A stretch of DNA of 64,000 nt, taken from Nannocystis sp. (GTDB taxonomy: Bacteria > Myxococcota_A > Polyangia > Nannocystales > Nannocystaceae). Positions 1 to 11,440 of the stretch are shown here, one piece after another. Positions within the stretch are counted from its first letter, which is position 1; each line of letters opens with the position of its first letter. Location of the stretch: contig NZ_JADJNN010000012.1 of the NCBI RefSeq assembly GCF_016714285.1, forward strand, positions 26,040 to 90,039. The letters run 5' to 3'. The notes beneath the pieces are model-generated. The model worked only from the letters and a program-made list of their open reading frames with translations, was not told where the DNA came from and did not search any database. The position numbers and the translations under genes were made by a program.

Positions 1-174
1 CTGGCGCGAAAGCATGGCGTCTTGACAAGAAGCGCCGCGGCTTCGATCGTGATCGTCGGGTCAGCGCGTCGATCCTGAAGACGCGCTCCCGCGGTTCGCC
101 CGCGAGCTCATACGGGCCTCCTGGACTGCGCGGTGGCCCGCCGCGCGCGCCACGGTCGGCGCGGTCACCACGCC

Positions 175-1065
175 ATGACCCGCCGCCTCGCCACGCTCCT
201 CGTCCTGCCGCTCGCCGGCTGCTTCGTCGATCCCGGTCGCCACGGCAGCGACGGCGCCAGCGCGAGCGGACCCGGGAGCAGCGGCGCTGACGACACCAGC
301 GGGCCGGTCCTCACCAGCACCGGCGAGCTCGAGACCAGCACCGGCATCACCCCCATCTCGACCTCCGGCGTCGATCCCACGAGCTCGGCGAGCGACCCGT
401 CGGCGAGTGACCCATCGGCGAGCGACCCGTCGGCGAGCGACCCGACCATGACCGCGACCACGCTCCCGCCCGCGCACTGCGGTGACGGCGTCGTCGACCC
501 CGGCGAGGGCTGCGACGACGGCAACAACCTCGACGCCGACGCCTGCCTCGCCAATTGCCAGCCAGCCAGCTGCAGCGACGGCGTCCAGAGCCAGAGCGAG
601 AGCGACGTCGACTGCGGCGGCCCCTGCTCGTCGTGCGGCAGCTGCCACCTGTGCGGCGGCGACGGCGACTGCGAGGGCGGCCTCGTCTGCGACGGGGCCC
701 GCTGCGTCGCCGCCGCCAAGCTGAGCGTCGACTGGGTCACGCACTGCGGCGTCGACAGCAGCAATTGGTACGTCGGTCCAGCGCTGCCAGCCGGGCCCTA
801 CCGCGTCCTCGCGCTGGGCGGCGGCGGGACCAACTTCGTCCAGGGCTCCAACTACGCGTGGCAGGTCGCCTGCGAGGGCATCGACCTCACCGCCCTGGAC
901 TCCGGCTACGGCCACGCCTCGCCCGACGAGGCCTTCAACGCGCTGCCGGTCAAGCAGATCGTCCGCGACTACGCGGGCGGTCCCCTGCGCTGCGGCATCA
1001 TCGACGACCCCTGCGACGACAACGCCGGGAGCGTCGAATTCACCTTCACCCTCGACTGCCCGTAA
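175..1065 (+). CDS. secreted lipoprotein with Myxococcus-type cysteine-rich repeat (CGDGVVDPGEGCDDGN...)
   Basis: ATG at 175 begins MTRRLATLLVLPLAGC (lipobox). Ser/Asp-rich linker, many Cys, and a CxDGxxDxGExCDDGN motif typical of the Myxococcus cysteine-rich repeat. Confidence 0.7.
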   Translation: MTRRLATLLVLPLAGCFVDPGRHGSDGASASGPGSSGADDTSGPVLTSTGELETSTGITPISTSGVDPTSSASDPSASDPSASDPSASDPTMTATTLPPAHCGDGVVDPGEGCDDGNNLDADACLANCQPASCSDGVQSQSESDVDCGGPCSSCGSCHLCGGDGDCEGGLVCDGARCVAAAKLSVDWVTHCGVDSSNWYVGPALPAGPYRVLALGGGGTNFVQGSNYAWQVACEGIDLTALDSGYGHASPDEAFNALPVKQIVRDYAGGPLRCGIIDDPCDDNAGSVEFTFTLDCP

Positions 1066-1091
1066 TTGCGAGAAGGCCAGGTCCCGGGTGG

Positions 1092-1135
1092 GGCCTGGCC
1101 TTTGGAGCCTGGCCTTTGGGGCCTGGCCTTTGGGT
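1092..1135. repeat. 14 bp tandem repeat x3 (gcctggcctttggR) between convergent gene ends
   Basis: Direct reading: ggggcctggcctttggagcctggcctttggggcctggcctttggg. Confidence 0.8.
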
Positions 1136-1148
1136 CATGTCCTTCGGG

Positions 1149-3413
1149 TCAGCCGCGGGCGCCCGGCCAGGCCGCGGGCGCGGCGACCGGGTCGCGGCGC
1201 ACGGGGTTGCGCGGCCGCTCGTAGCGCGAGCAGAACTTGTCCCACAGGCCGAGCACGCGGTTGGCCTCGGGGTCGCTGAGGCCCTGGGCCAGCGCGCTCA
1301 GCTCGCCGCGCCCGGTGTCGCAGGCCTGCCAGCCCTCGGGGTCGTCCCACGAGCCCTCGACCATGCCGCGACCGGAGGGCTGCGGGCGCTGGGCGAGCAG
1401 CGCCAGGCGGTCGGCCCAGCCGATCAACAGGCGCCCCTTGCGGACGTTGAACGCGTCCTCCTGCAGCACCTCCGCGAGCGTGAAGGCCTGCTCCTCGACC
1501 ATCTGCGTGCCGGTCTCCGGGTCCTCGTACTCGATCGTCAGCATGATCTGGTCCTGCGGGCGCAGCTTGCCGCCGCGGGCCATCAGGTCGGAGAGGAACA
1601 GCTGCGAGGTGTTGGCGAAGTAGTGGATCGCCTGCACGTCCTCCTTCACCACCGAGCTCTCCTCGCCGTAGAACACGTTCATCCGCAGCGAGGGCGGCAG
1701 GTGCAGCTGGAAGTGCACGTCCATCGCCGTGGTCTCGAGCAGCGAGATGAAACGCGCGCCGAACACCGCGTCGACCTCCGCCTCCGAGCCGAGGAACACG
1801 TAGGCCCCCTTGCCGCGCTCGGTCAGCTTGTCGAGCAGCGCGTCGTTGAACTCGCGGCCGACGCCGACGCCCGACAGGCGGATCTTCCGCGAATCGTAGT
1901 ACTTCGAGATCATCGACATCGTCCGCGGGTCGGTGTCGCCGGTGTTGGCCAGCGCGTCTGTCACCAGGACCACCCGGTTGTTGTAGGTCGGCTGGTACGA
2001 CGAGTCGGCCAGCGCGTAGCCCTTGCTGAGCCCGAGGTGCACGTCGGTCGAGCCGCGCGGCTTCATCTTGTCGATCGCCTTCTGCAAGATCTCCGGCTTG
2101 TCGCGCCCGACGACGAAGTTCTCGATCGGGGTGCACTCCTCGTGGTCAAACAGCACCACGTTGACCAGGTCCCCGGTCTTGAGCTGCGAGGTCATCTTGG
2201 TCATGCCGCGCTTCAGGTAGTCCATGCGACCCTCGTCCGACATCGAGCCCGAGCGGTCGACCACGAAGGTGAGGTTGGCGTTGCGCCGCGCCTGCAGATC
2301 GACCGGCCGGCCCTTGATCGCCAGCGCCAGGTTGTAGATGCCCGCCTGGTTCGGATCCGGGGCGATGTCCGCCAGCACCGAGAAGTCGTCCTGCGGGGCC
2401 ACCGGGGCGGTCTGGAACGAGAAGTAGTTGAGCAGCTCGTGCGGCCGGATGTGCTCGACCGGGAGCGGCAAGAACTTCTCGATAGCGAAGATCACCCGCT
2501 GCGCCGACGACAGGCTCATCGTGTCGTCGTTGCTGAGGTAGATCGCTTGACCCCAGTCCTTGTACTGCTCGCGCGGGTCGTCGAGCTGGACCGGCTTCAT
2601 CTCCTCGTCCGCGGCGATGTCCATCGGCGCCGAGGCCGAGGCCGGCTCCTGCGCCGCCTCGCCGGCGGACGGGCGGTTACTCGCCTCCCTCGCTTCCTTC
2701 TTGGCCAGACGATCGGCCTTGCGCTCGGCGCTGCGCTCCGACAGCGAGGTCTTGTCCGCCGGCCGCGGGGGCGCCGGGGACGTGGCAACCGGCGCGCTCA
2801 TCGGCGAAGACATCCCCGCCGACACCTCGGCGGCGGGCGCTGGCCCCGACGCGCGGCCCTTGCCCGCGCTGTCGCCGTCGCTGGCGTCCTTCCTCGGCGG
2901 CGGCGCCGGCTTGTTCGGCGCTGGCGCCCGGGTCGCGGGGTCCGGAGCGCTGGCGCCGTAGCCCTGACTGGACCCGCCGAGCACGCCGCCGCTGCTGCCG
3001 GTCGGCTGGATCGCCGTCGACCCGCCGGCCGAGCCGTACTGAACCTTCTTGTACTTCCCCTGGTAGCCCGTCGGCGGCTTCGGCTTCGGCGTCGGCTGGC
3101 GCGGCCCGCTGGCGATCGGCTGCGGGTGCTCGCCGCCGTAGCAGCGGTCGATGTGGTTGACGAGCTTGGGCAGCGCGTTCAGGTTCGGCGCGGGCGGATC
3201 GACGCGCGTGTGCGCCGGGTGCGGCCGCGGTGAGAACAGGTGCGGCGGCGCCTCGTAGGCGCCCTGGCCCTGGACCAGCAGGGCCCCGTTGCCGCCGCCC
3301 TGGCCCGGATCGACGGTGCCGCCGATCGGCGTGACGGTCGAGCCGGTGCGGCAACCGACGAAGCACAGGGGCAGCGACAGCAGGATCCACTTCGCAATAG
3401 ACGGGGCGTTCAT
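1149..3413 (-). CDS. von Willebrand factor type A (VWA) domain lipoprotein
   Basis: MIDAS motif DRSGSMS (DxSxS). Signal peptide MNAPSIAKWILLSLPLCFVGC. ATG at 3413..3411 preceded by GGAGAC RBS. Long Pro-rich linker. The upstream in-frame extension to 3908 was rejected. Confidence 0.85.
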   Translation of the reverse strand: MNAPSIAKWILLSLPLCFVGCRTGSTVTPIGGTVDPGQGGGNGALLVQGQGAYEAPPHLFSPRPHPAHTRVDPPAPNLNALPKLVNHIDRCYGGEHPQPIASGPRQPTPKPKPPTGYQGKYKKVQYGSAGGSTAIQPTGSSGGVLGGSSQGYGASAPDPATRAPAPNKPAPPPRKDASDGDSAGKGRASGPAPAAEVSAGMSSPMSAPVATSPAPPRPADKTSLSERSAERKADRLAKKEAREASNRPSAGEAAQEPASASAPMDIAADEEMKPVQLDDPREQYKDWGQAIYLSNDDTMSLSSAQRVIFAIEKFLPLPVEHIRPHELLNYFSFQTAPVAPQDDFSVLADIAPDPNQAGIYNLALAIKGRPVDLQARRNANLTFVVDRSGSMSDEGRMDYLKRGMTKMTSQLKTGDLVNVVLFDHEECTPIENFVVGRDKPEILQKAIDKMKPRGSTDVHLGLSKGYALADSSYQPTYNNRVVLVTDALANTGDTDPRTMSMISKYYDSRKIRLSGVGVGREFNDALLDKLTERGKGAYVFLGSEAEVDAVFGARFISLLETTAMDVHFQLHLPPSLRMNVFYGEESSVVKEDVQAIHYFANTSQLFLSDLMARGGKLRPQDQIMLTIEYEDPETGTQMVEEQAFTLAEVLQEDAFNVRKGRLLIGWADRLALLAQRPQPSGRGMVEGSWDDPEGWQACDTGRGELSALAQGLSDPEANRVLGLWDKFCSRYERPRNPVRRDPVAAPAAWPGARG

Positions 3414-3743
3414 CGTTGTCTCCTCGAGCCTTCTTTGCAGCAGGGACCGAGCATGGCACAGATCGTCGGCCGTCTCGGCCGCGATCGCCGGGGTCCCCGG
3501 GCGCCCCTGGAACGACGCCCCGAGCCCCGACCTTTCGCCCACCCGAGAAATTTGTCCACGGCCCGCGGAGACCGCCATAAACGGTGTTCTGATGGCCCCG
3601 GCGCTCGCCGGTGCCCGCCGCTCGCGCGCCACCACCTGCGCGCGCCCGCTCGCCTGGCTGTCAGGACATGCTCTCGCGGACACCCACTCGCGCTCGCACG
3701 CCCGCAAAGCACTCGCACAGCACCTGTACTGAAGCCGGTGATG

Positions 3744-3778
3744 GCATGTCCCAAAGGACATGTCCATCGGGACATGCA
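3744..3778. repeat. palindromic hairpin element (catgtcc-caaa-ggacatgtcc-atc-gggacatg)
   Basis: Overlapping inverted repeats of a GGACATG half-site in the intergenic region. Same family as the elements at 7811, 34650, 40133 and 40311. Confidence 0.75.
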
Positions 3779-3832
3779 GCAGCGCATCGGCACGGTGACC
3801 GACGAGGTCGATCAGGGCCCAGTACTGCGCGC

Positions 3833-5107
3833 ATGTCAAGCCGTGGGGCCCGGCGGTCCGGCGGACCTGGCCCGCGGACTTGGCCCGCGCCGGGCGTGGG
3901 TGCGACAATCACGGCGGTGGACTCGCTGCTCCTCGTCGTCGCCGAACTGGTGGCGGTGCCGCGTCTCGTCGCGGCCGTGCTGTTGCTCGCGATCGGCGGC
4001 GGCACGCTGCTCGTGCTCGGGCAGTGGACCTTCGGGCGGCGCCTGCGGGCCCGCCTGCAGCGCTGGTGGCGGCGTCTGCTGTGGGCCACCGTCGGCGGCC
4101 TCGGTGCGCTCCTGCTCGGGCTCCTGCTGATCGACCTCCTGCTGTTCGCGCCGGCCCTGCGCATCGCCCTCGACCAGGTCGAGCTGCGATCGGGCGTCGA
4201 CGTCAGCTTCCAGCGAGCGCGCGGCAGCCTGTTCACCGGACGCCTCGAGCTCGAGGACGTGAGCGTGCGCCGCAGCGGCCGCGGCCTCGACTTCTCGCTC
4301 ACGGTCCGCGAGCTCGTCGTCGACGTCGACATGCTCGGCCTCCTCCGCGACGAGCTGCCGATCGCCGAGCTGCGGGTGGCCGGGGTGCGCGGCTCGCTGG
4401 TACGGCGGGAGGAGGGCGCCCCGGGTCCGGCGCGGCGCTTTGCGATCGCCAGCCTCGACCTCCGCGACGTCCAGCTCGACTTCGAGGACACGATCACCGC
4501 GCCGTTCCGCAATCTCCCGCTCGAGTTCGAGGTGCTGCAGATAAGCCCCCTGCGCAGCGACTACGCCATGCTCGACGTGGTGTGCGGCAGCGAGGCCCGC
4601 GGCAGCGCCCGCGGCCACCGCTTCAGCGCCGGCGGCCACGCCTGGCAGGCCCGCGGGATCCCGGTCGGCCCCGCCGCGCACAAGCTCGGCGCCGCCGGGC
4701 GCTGGATCCGGGGTGGTGACCTCGACGTGACCCTGCGCTGCGCCGGCGACCGCGACGCCGCCGAGCTCTCCCTCGCCGTCGACCTCCGCCTGCACAACTT
4801 CAAGATCGCCCCGCCCGGCGACAGCGATCGCAGCCTGCCCGTCAGCCGAATCACCGATGCCCTCACCCGCCTGGGCCCCGAGATCCAGTTTCACTTCAGC
4901 TTCTCGCTCCCGCGCGAGCGCTTTCACGGCGCCAGCAACGTCGGCAGCCTCGGCCTGTGGGAGGGCGCGATCCAGGCCTGGAACCTCGAGCTCGGGACTC
5001 GCCTCGGCCTCGGCGGCGACGACCTGCGCATGCTCGGCGTCGGCTCGCGCGTGCTGGACCGATTGCGACAGGACGGTCGACCCGCGCCCGATCGGCGGCG
5101 TGATTGA
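3833..5107 (+). CDS. hypothetical membrane protein (N-terminal TM helices; start uncertain, GTG at 3896 is an alternative)
   Basis: Hydrophobic segments LLLVVAELVAVPRLVAAVLLLAIGGGTLLVL and LGALLLGLLLIDLLLF followed by a soluble domain. The antisense ORF 3836..5128 has the low-complexity A/G/E/V composition of a shadow frame. Confidence 0.5.
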   Translation: MSSRGARRSGGPGPRTWPAPGVGATITAVDSLLLVVAELVAVPRLVAAVLLLAIGGGTLLVLGQWTFGRRLRARLQRWWRRLLWATVGGLGALLLGLLLIDLLLFAPALRIALDQVELRSGVDVSFQRARGSLFTGRLELEDVSVRRSGRGLDFSLTVRELVVDVDMLGLLRDELPIAELRVAGVRGSLVRREEGAPGPARRFAIASLDLRDVQLDFEDTITAPFRNLPLEFEVLQISPLRSDYAMLDVVCGSEARGSARGHRFSAGGHAWQARGIPVGPAAHKLGAAGRWIRGGDLDVTLRCAGDRDAAELSLAVDLRLHNFKIAPPGDSDRSLPVSRITDALTRLGPEIQFHFSFSLPRERFHGASNVGSLGLWEGAIQAWNLELGTRLGLGGDDLRMLGVGSRVLDRLRQDGRPAPDRRRD

Positions 5108-5139
5108 CCCGTCGTCGCGCATTTGCAAGGATCGGCCGC

Positions 5140-5943
5140 ATGCTTGGCCTACGTATCAGCCGCCTCGTCCACGCCACGCTCGCGGGCGGCGGCCTCGCCC
5201 TCACCACCGGCTGTCCCAGCGGCGGGCAGGACACCGACACCGACACGGACACCGATAGCACCGGCACCGACGGCGACAGCGACGATCCCACCACGACCGT
5301 CACGCCGACCACCGACCCGCCGCCGCCACCTCCTCCGCCGGTCGACGTCACGCCGCCGCAGCTGATCGCCGTCGAGTTCATCGACCCGCAGATCCTCCGC
5401 CTCACCTTCACCGAGGCGATCGCCCCGGTCGACGACGTGAACCCCAAGCGCTTCCGCCTCAGCGTCGGTCGCTACCAGAAGAACGATTACTACGACGACT
5501 ATCGGCGCACGATCTATAGCGACCCGGAGCAGTACAACCACCAGCAGTACTGCAAGGAGGTCTGCTACGACTACGGTTACTGCTACTACCAGTGTTACTA
5601 CGGGCCCACGCTCGAGCTCGATCCCCTCGACGTCCTCGCCGACGCCTACAACCCGGCCCAGGTCGTGCTGCTGCTCACCCAGCCGGCCACCACCAATCTG
5701 TGCAACTTGATCAACGCGATCAGCGGCGACCCGGAGCGCCCCGCCGGCCTCCTGCTGCACTACGCGGACGGCGGCGCCGCCCAGATCACGGACCTCGTCG
5801 GCATCCCGCTCGCCAGCTTCGGCGCCAGCTGGGTGAAGGAGGGCAACAACCCCTTCATGTACGTCGACGACCTCAAGTTCCCCGAGCTCAACCCCTTCCT
5901 GCCGATCCCCTGCCCGTTCGAGATGCCCGTGCCTCCGCCCTGA
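5140..5943 (+). CDS. hypothetical lipoprotein (DT-repeat and poly-Pro linker, Tyr/Cys-rich core)
   Basis: ATG at 5140 with AAGGA RBS 10 nt upstream. MLGLRISRLVHATLAGGGLALTTGC lipobox. Confidence 0.65.
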   Translation: MLGLRISRLVHATLAGGGLALTTGCPSGGQDTDTDTDTDSTGTDGDSDDPTTTVTPTTDPPPPPPPPVDVTPPQLIAVEFIDPQILRLTFTEAIAPVDDVNPKRFRLSVGRYQKNDYYDDYRRTIYSDPEQYNHQQYCKEVCYDYGYCYYQCYYGPTLELDPLDVLADAYNPAQVVLLLTQPATTNLCNLINAISGDPERPAGLLLHYADGGAAQITDLVGIPLASFGASWVKEGNNPFMYVDDLKFPELNPFLPIPCPFEMPVPPP

Positions 5944-6037
5944 GCTCGGCCGCCCGCGCAGCTTGCGCGAGCGCGCGCCGACAGGCTGACCTTTCGGACA
6001 GGTTGTGGCCCGGCCCCGCCGGGTATACTCCGCCGCC

Positions 6038-7804
<1,767 letters not shown>

Positions 7805-7810
7805 GCTGCA

Positions 7811-7850
7811 CCCAAGGACATGTTCCAAGGGGCATGTCCCAAGGACCATG
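7811..7850. repeat. 13 bp tandem repeat x3 (ccaaggNNNatgt) of the GGACATG palindromic element family
   Basis: ccaaggacatgtt / ccaaggggcatgt / cccaaggaccatg, immediately after the kinase stop codon. Confidence 0.7.
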
Positions 7851-8050
7851 CCTCGCGCGCAGGCGCGCCCACGGCCGCAGCGGAGCACGCGCCCGCGCGC
7901 TGGCACAATCGCCGCACCGCGGGCCATTGCGCGCCGGGCCTACCTCCACGCCTGTGACAGCACACGCTCCCCCCGCAGATCCCTGCTAGCGAGGCGGCCG
8001 CGACTCGGTTCTACTGGGGGCCGTTCCTGCGAACGAGTGCGAGGTTGGTC

Positions 8051-10171
8051 ATGACAACGAGAATCTATCTGCTCCTCACGGGTGCGTGTGTGCTCGCCAC
8101 GGCGTGCAGCGACGACGGTCGCGCCGAATCCAACAGCAACACCGATGGCGGCAGCGGCAGCGTCAGCGCCAGCGGCGCGACCGATGCCGACACCGAACCG
8201 GTGCCGACCACCAGTCCGACGACCGACCCGAGCGGCGGCACGCCGGGCACCGCGAGCCAGACCAGCGAGGCGACCGAGGCCACCACCGTCGACCCGAGCG
8301 CGGGCACGGTGATGACCAGCGCCGACACGACCACCGGCGACGACCCGATCGTCGAGGTCGTGATCGATCCGCTCGACGCGATCGTCACCGTGATCGACGG
8401 CCAGATCCCCGCGCCGCTGCAGTACACCGCCAAGGGCATCACCCAGAACAACGTCGAGATCCCGCTCGACGGCACCTGGACCTACGACCGCCTCGACCTC
8501 GCCAGCCTCGGCGGCCAGTCCGGCTCCTTCACCGCGACGGGCTTCGCTGGCGGCAAGGGCACCGTCAGCTTCGACCCCGCCGGCGACCTCCTCCCGGTCC
8601 AGACCTCCGCCACCGTCAAGCTGCAGTACACCAGCGAGCCCGACCCCGTCGACCCCGGCATCAAGGACGGCTTCGGCATGGCCGTCGAGCCCGACCCGGC
8701 GATGGTCCTGCTCTACCCCTACGACAAGACCGTGTTCCCTCGCGGCCTCACCGGCCCGACCGTGCAGTGGAACGGCGGCGCCGCCGACGACCTCTACTAC
8801 ATCCACGTCTACAGCGACTTCTTCGAGTTCAAGGGCTACACCAAGGTCCCGCCGCCCTCGCGCTACAACTTCCCGAAGCTGCCCGCGGACGTGTGGCTCA
8901 AGCTCACCGCCTCGACCGAGGGCCCGGTGACCTTCGACATCCAGCGCTTCGACGGCAACAAGGCCTACCTCGCCAAGACCCAGACCTGGACGATCGCCCC
9001 CGCCAACCTCACCGGCGCCGTCTACTACTGGGAGGTCAACAACGGCAACGTCGTCCGCCTCAAGATCGGCGACCCCGCCCCGCAGCAGTTCATCAACAAG
9101 CCGCCGGGCGTCGCCTGCGTCGCCTGTCACAGCGTCTCGAAGGACGGCTCGCGCATCGCCGCCGCCTTCCACGGCGGCTACAGCCCGTGGAACGTGATCG
9201 AGGCCGCGACCGGCAACGTGCTCTACTTCCCGAACATCGCCTCCGGTTTCCAGGCCATCTCGCCCAACGGCTCGCACGTGCTGTGGGGCCAGTCCGACGA
9301 GACCGGCTCGCTCAAGCTGACGACCTTCGACAACGCCGCCGTGCTCACCACCCTGACCACCCCGGGTGGCAAGCCGGTCCACCCGGCCTGGGCCGGCGAT
9401 CCCAGCCGCGTCGCCTTCGCGCGCAAGACCGACGGCAACTGGCTCGACTTCAACAACAGCGAGCTGTGGACCGCCAACGTCGATCTCATGACCAACAGCT
9501 TCTCGAACGTGAAGCAGATCGTCGACAAGGCCCCGCCGCTCGGCACCACCACCTTCCCGACCTTCGCCCCCGACTCCGAGTGGATCGCGTTCAGCCGCCT
9601 CAACCAGGCCCGCACCCGCGGCGCCGTCACCGAGGTCTGGCTCACCAACTTCGACGGCAGCGCCCAGATGCGCCTCGACAAGGCCAACGGCCTCGGCATC
9701 ATCGAGCCCGGCCAGGACCAGACCACCTACGAGCCCACCTTCCTCCCGGTCTCCGTCGGCGGCTACTTCTGGCTCATCATCGGCAGCGAGCGCAAGTACG
9801 GCAACACCCTCACCGACACCAACCCCGGCAGCCGTCGCAAGCAGCTGTGGGTCTCGGCGATCGACGCCAACATCCAGCCCGGCCAGGACCCGAGCCACCC
9901 GCCGTTCTGGCTGCCCGGTCAGGAGCTCAACAACTCCAACATGCGCGGCGAGTGGGCGCTCGCCCCGTGCAAGCAGATCGGCGAGGGCTGCAACGCCGGC
10001 TTCGACTGCTGCGGCGGCTTCTGCTACCCGCCCGCCGAGGGCGAGGAGCCGACCTGCAACGACATGCCCGACAGCTGCTCGCACATGGGCGACGCCTGTG
10101 AGGTCGACGCGGCCTGCTGCGAGGGCGAGGGCAGCTGCATCGGCGGCTTCTGCTCGATCATGCCCGGCTGA
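8051..10171 (+). CDS. secreted lipoprotein: TolB-like beta-propeller region, single CxxCH motif, C-terminal Cys-knot tail
   Basis: GAGG RBS then ATG at 8051. Signal peptide LLLTGACVLATAC. CVACH (CxxCH) motif. TolB/WD40-like FAPDSEWIAFSR segment. C-terminal CNAGFDCCGGFCYPP...CEGEGSCIGGFCS. Confidence 0.75.
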   Translation: MTTRIYLLLTGACVLATACSDDGRAESNSNTDGGSGSVSASGATDADTEPVPTTSPTTDPSGGTPGTASQTSEATEATTVDPSAGTVMTSADTTTGDDPIVEVVIDPLDAIVTVIDGQIPAPLQYTAKGITQNNVEIPLDGTWTYDRLDLASLGGQSGSFTATGFAGGKGTVSFDPAGDLLPVQTSATVKLQYTSEPDPVDPGIKDGFGMAVEPDPAMVLLYPYDKTVFPRGLTGPTVQWNGGAADDLYYIHVYSDFFEFKGYTKVPPPSRYNFPKLPADVWLKLTASTEGPVTFDIQRFDGNKAYLAKTQTWTIAPANLTGAVYYWEVNNGNVVRLKIGDPAPQQFINKPPGVACVACHSVSKDGSRIAAAFHGGYSPWNVIEAATGNVLYFPNIASGFQAISPNGSHVLWGQSDETGSLKLTTFDNAAVLTTLTTPGGKPVHPAWAGDPSRVAFARKTDGNWLDFNNSELWTANVDLMTNSFSNVKQIVDKAPPLGTTTFPTFAPDSEWIAFSRLNQARTRGAVTEVWLTNFDGSAQMRLDKANGLGIIEPGQDQTTYEPTFLPVSVGGYFWLIIGSERKYGNTLTDTNPGSRRKQLWVSAIDANIQPGQDPSHPPFWLPGQELNNSNMRGEWALAPCKQIGEGCNAGFDCCGGFCYPPAEGEEPTCNDMPDSCSHMGDACEVDAACCEGEGSCIGGFCSIMPG

Positions 10172-10235
10172 TCGACGCAGCCCACACGCATTGAACGTGA
10201 CCCTCGGGCCAGCAGCGGCCGGTCCGGGGGTCACG

Positions 10236-10335
10236 GCGTTCGGGCGCTTGGCAAGCGGCGCCGCGTCCACGCCAGCGTTGGTGGCCGCCACGTTGGCCAC
10301 GGTCATTGCGTTCGGGCGCTTGGCAAGCGGCGCCG
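10236..10335. promoter_or_regulatory. 27 bp direct repeat (cgttcgggcgcttggcaagcggcgccg) x2 plus inverted repeat acgtgaccc/gggtcacgg upstream of the RCK-domain channel gene
   Basis: Seen directly. Located 25-120 bp upstream of the ATG at 10359. Confidence 0.4.
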
Positions 10336-10358
10336 GCCCGCGGTAGCGTGCGCGCACG

Positions 10359-11423
10359 ATGGCCGTCCAGGTGCGCCGGGTGCATACGCCGCTGCGGGCC
10401 CGGCTGCGCTTCGGGGCCTACGCCGCGCGCCTCCTGGTCGGCCGCTTGCTGGTGCTGACGACCCTGCTGGTGGTCGGCGGCGCGACCCTGCTGTGGCGCG
10501 GCGATCCGGCGGTGGTCGAGCACCTCGACTTCGTCGGCGCCTGCTTCCTGGTCTACACCCAGCTGTTCTTCGAGCACCTCACCGACCTGCCGGGCGACTG
10601 GGTGCTGCGGATCATGTACTTCACGGTGCCGGTCGCCGGCGCCTTCATCATCGCCGAGGGCCTGCTGAAGGTCGGCACCTCGCTGATGGACTTCAACAAC
10701 CACCGGCAGGCCTGGGTGCGCATCATGGCGGAGATCTACCGCGACCACATCGTCCTGATCGGCCTCGGCCACGTCGGCTTCCGCGTCCTCGGCGAGCTGC
10801 TCGGCCGCGGCCGCCAGGTCATCGCCGTCGAGGCTCTCGACCACGGCCAATTCGTCGAGGAGGCCCGCGCCCGCGGCGTGCCGCTCGTCATCGGCGACGC
10901 CCGCCGCGAGAGCCTGCTGCGCGACCTCGGCATCGAGCACGCCGCCTGCGTGATCGCCTGCACCGACAACGACCTCGTCAACCTCGAGATCGCCCTCGAC
11001 GTGCGCACCATCAACCCGAAGGTCCGCCTCGTCATGCGCTTCTTCGACCAGAACATGGCCCAGAAGCTCGGCAAGGCGTTCCACGTCGACTCGACCTTCT
11101 CCACCTCGGCCCTCGCCGCGCCGCTGTTCGCCGCCGCCGCCCTCGACGAGCAGGTCCTCGGCGCCTACCGCCTCGGCGACACCGTGATGGCCAGCGTGCA
11201 GATCGACCTCCACCCCGGCAGCCCGTTGATCGCCAAGCCGCTGCGCGAGGCCGAGGAGCTGCTCGACGCCGCGATCGTCGGCATCCGCCGCGAGAAGCAG
11301 GCGGCCACCCACAAGTTCTCGCGCAGCGAGTCCCTGCGCCAGGGCGACGCGCTCATCTGCCACGTCGCCGTCGAGGAGATCGCCGGCGTGAAGCGCCGCG
11401 CAGCGCCCACCGCGACCACCTGA
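10359..11423 (+). CDS. membrane protein with TrkA-N/RCK NAD-binding domain (K+ channel/transport-related)
   Basis: Two N-terminal TM helices, then a Rossmann GxGxxG motif IVLIGLGHVGFRVLGELL and TrkA-N-like sequence. Confidence 0.75.
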   Translation: MAVQVRRVHTPLRARLRFGAYAARLLVGRLLVLTTLLVVGGATLLWRGDPAVVEHLDFVGACFLVYTQLFFEHLTDLPGDWVLRIMYFTVPVAGAFIIAEGLLKVGTSLMDFNNHRQAWVRIMAEIYRDHIVLIGLGHVGFRVLGELLGRGRQVIAVEALDHGQFVEEARARGVPLVIGDARRESLLRDLGIEHAACVIACTDNDLVNLEIALDVRTINPKVRLVMRFFDQNMAQKLGKAFHVDSTFSTSALAAPLFAAAALDEQVLGAYRLGDTVMASVQIDLHPGSPLIAKPLREAEELLDAAIVGIRREKQAATHKFSRSESLRQGDALICHVAVEEIAGVKRRAAPTATT

Positions 11424-11440
11424 TCGCTTATCTTCACGCC

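Noticed and set aside
61-915. 284 aa ORF on the minus strand, and the 892 aa Arg-rich ORF 555..3233 on the plus strand
   Set aside because: Both have the Ala/Gly/Arg/Val low-complexity composition of shadow frames opposite or offset to real high-GC genes (the lipoprotein at 175..1065 and the VWA protein at 1149..3413). They have no motifs, signal peptides or RBS.
3836-5128. 430 aa minus-strand ORF opposite the 3833..5107 membrane-protein gene
   Set aside because: Its E/A/G/V-rich low-complexity composition has no hydrophobic segments. The plus-strand frame has TM helices and a normal composition.
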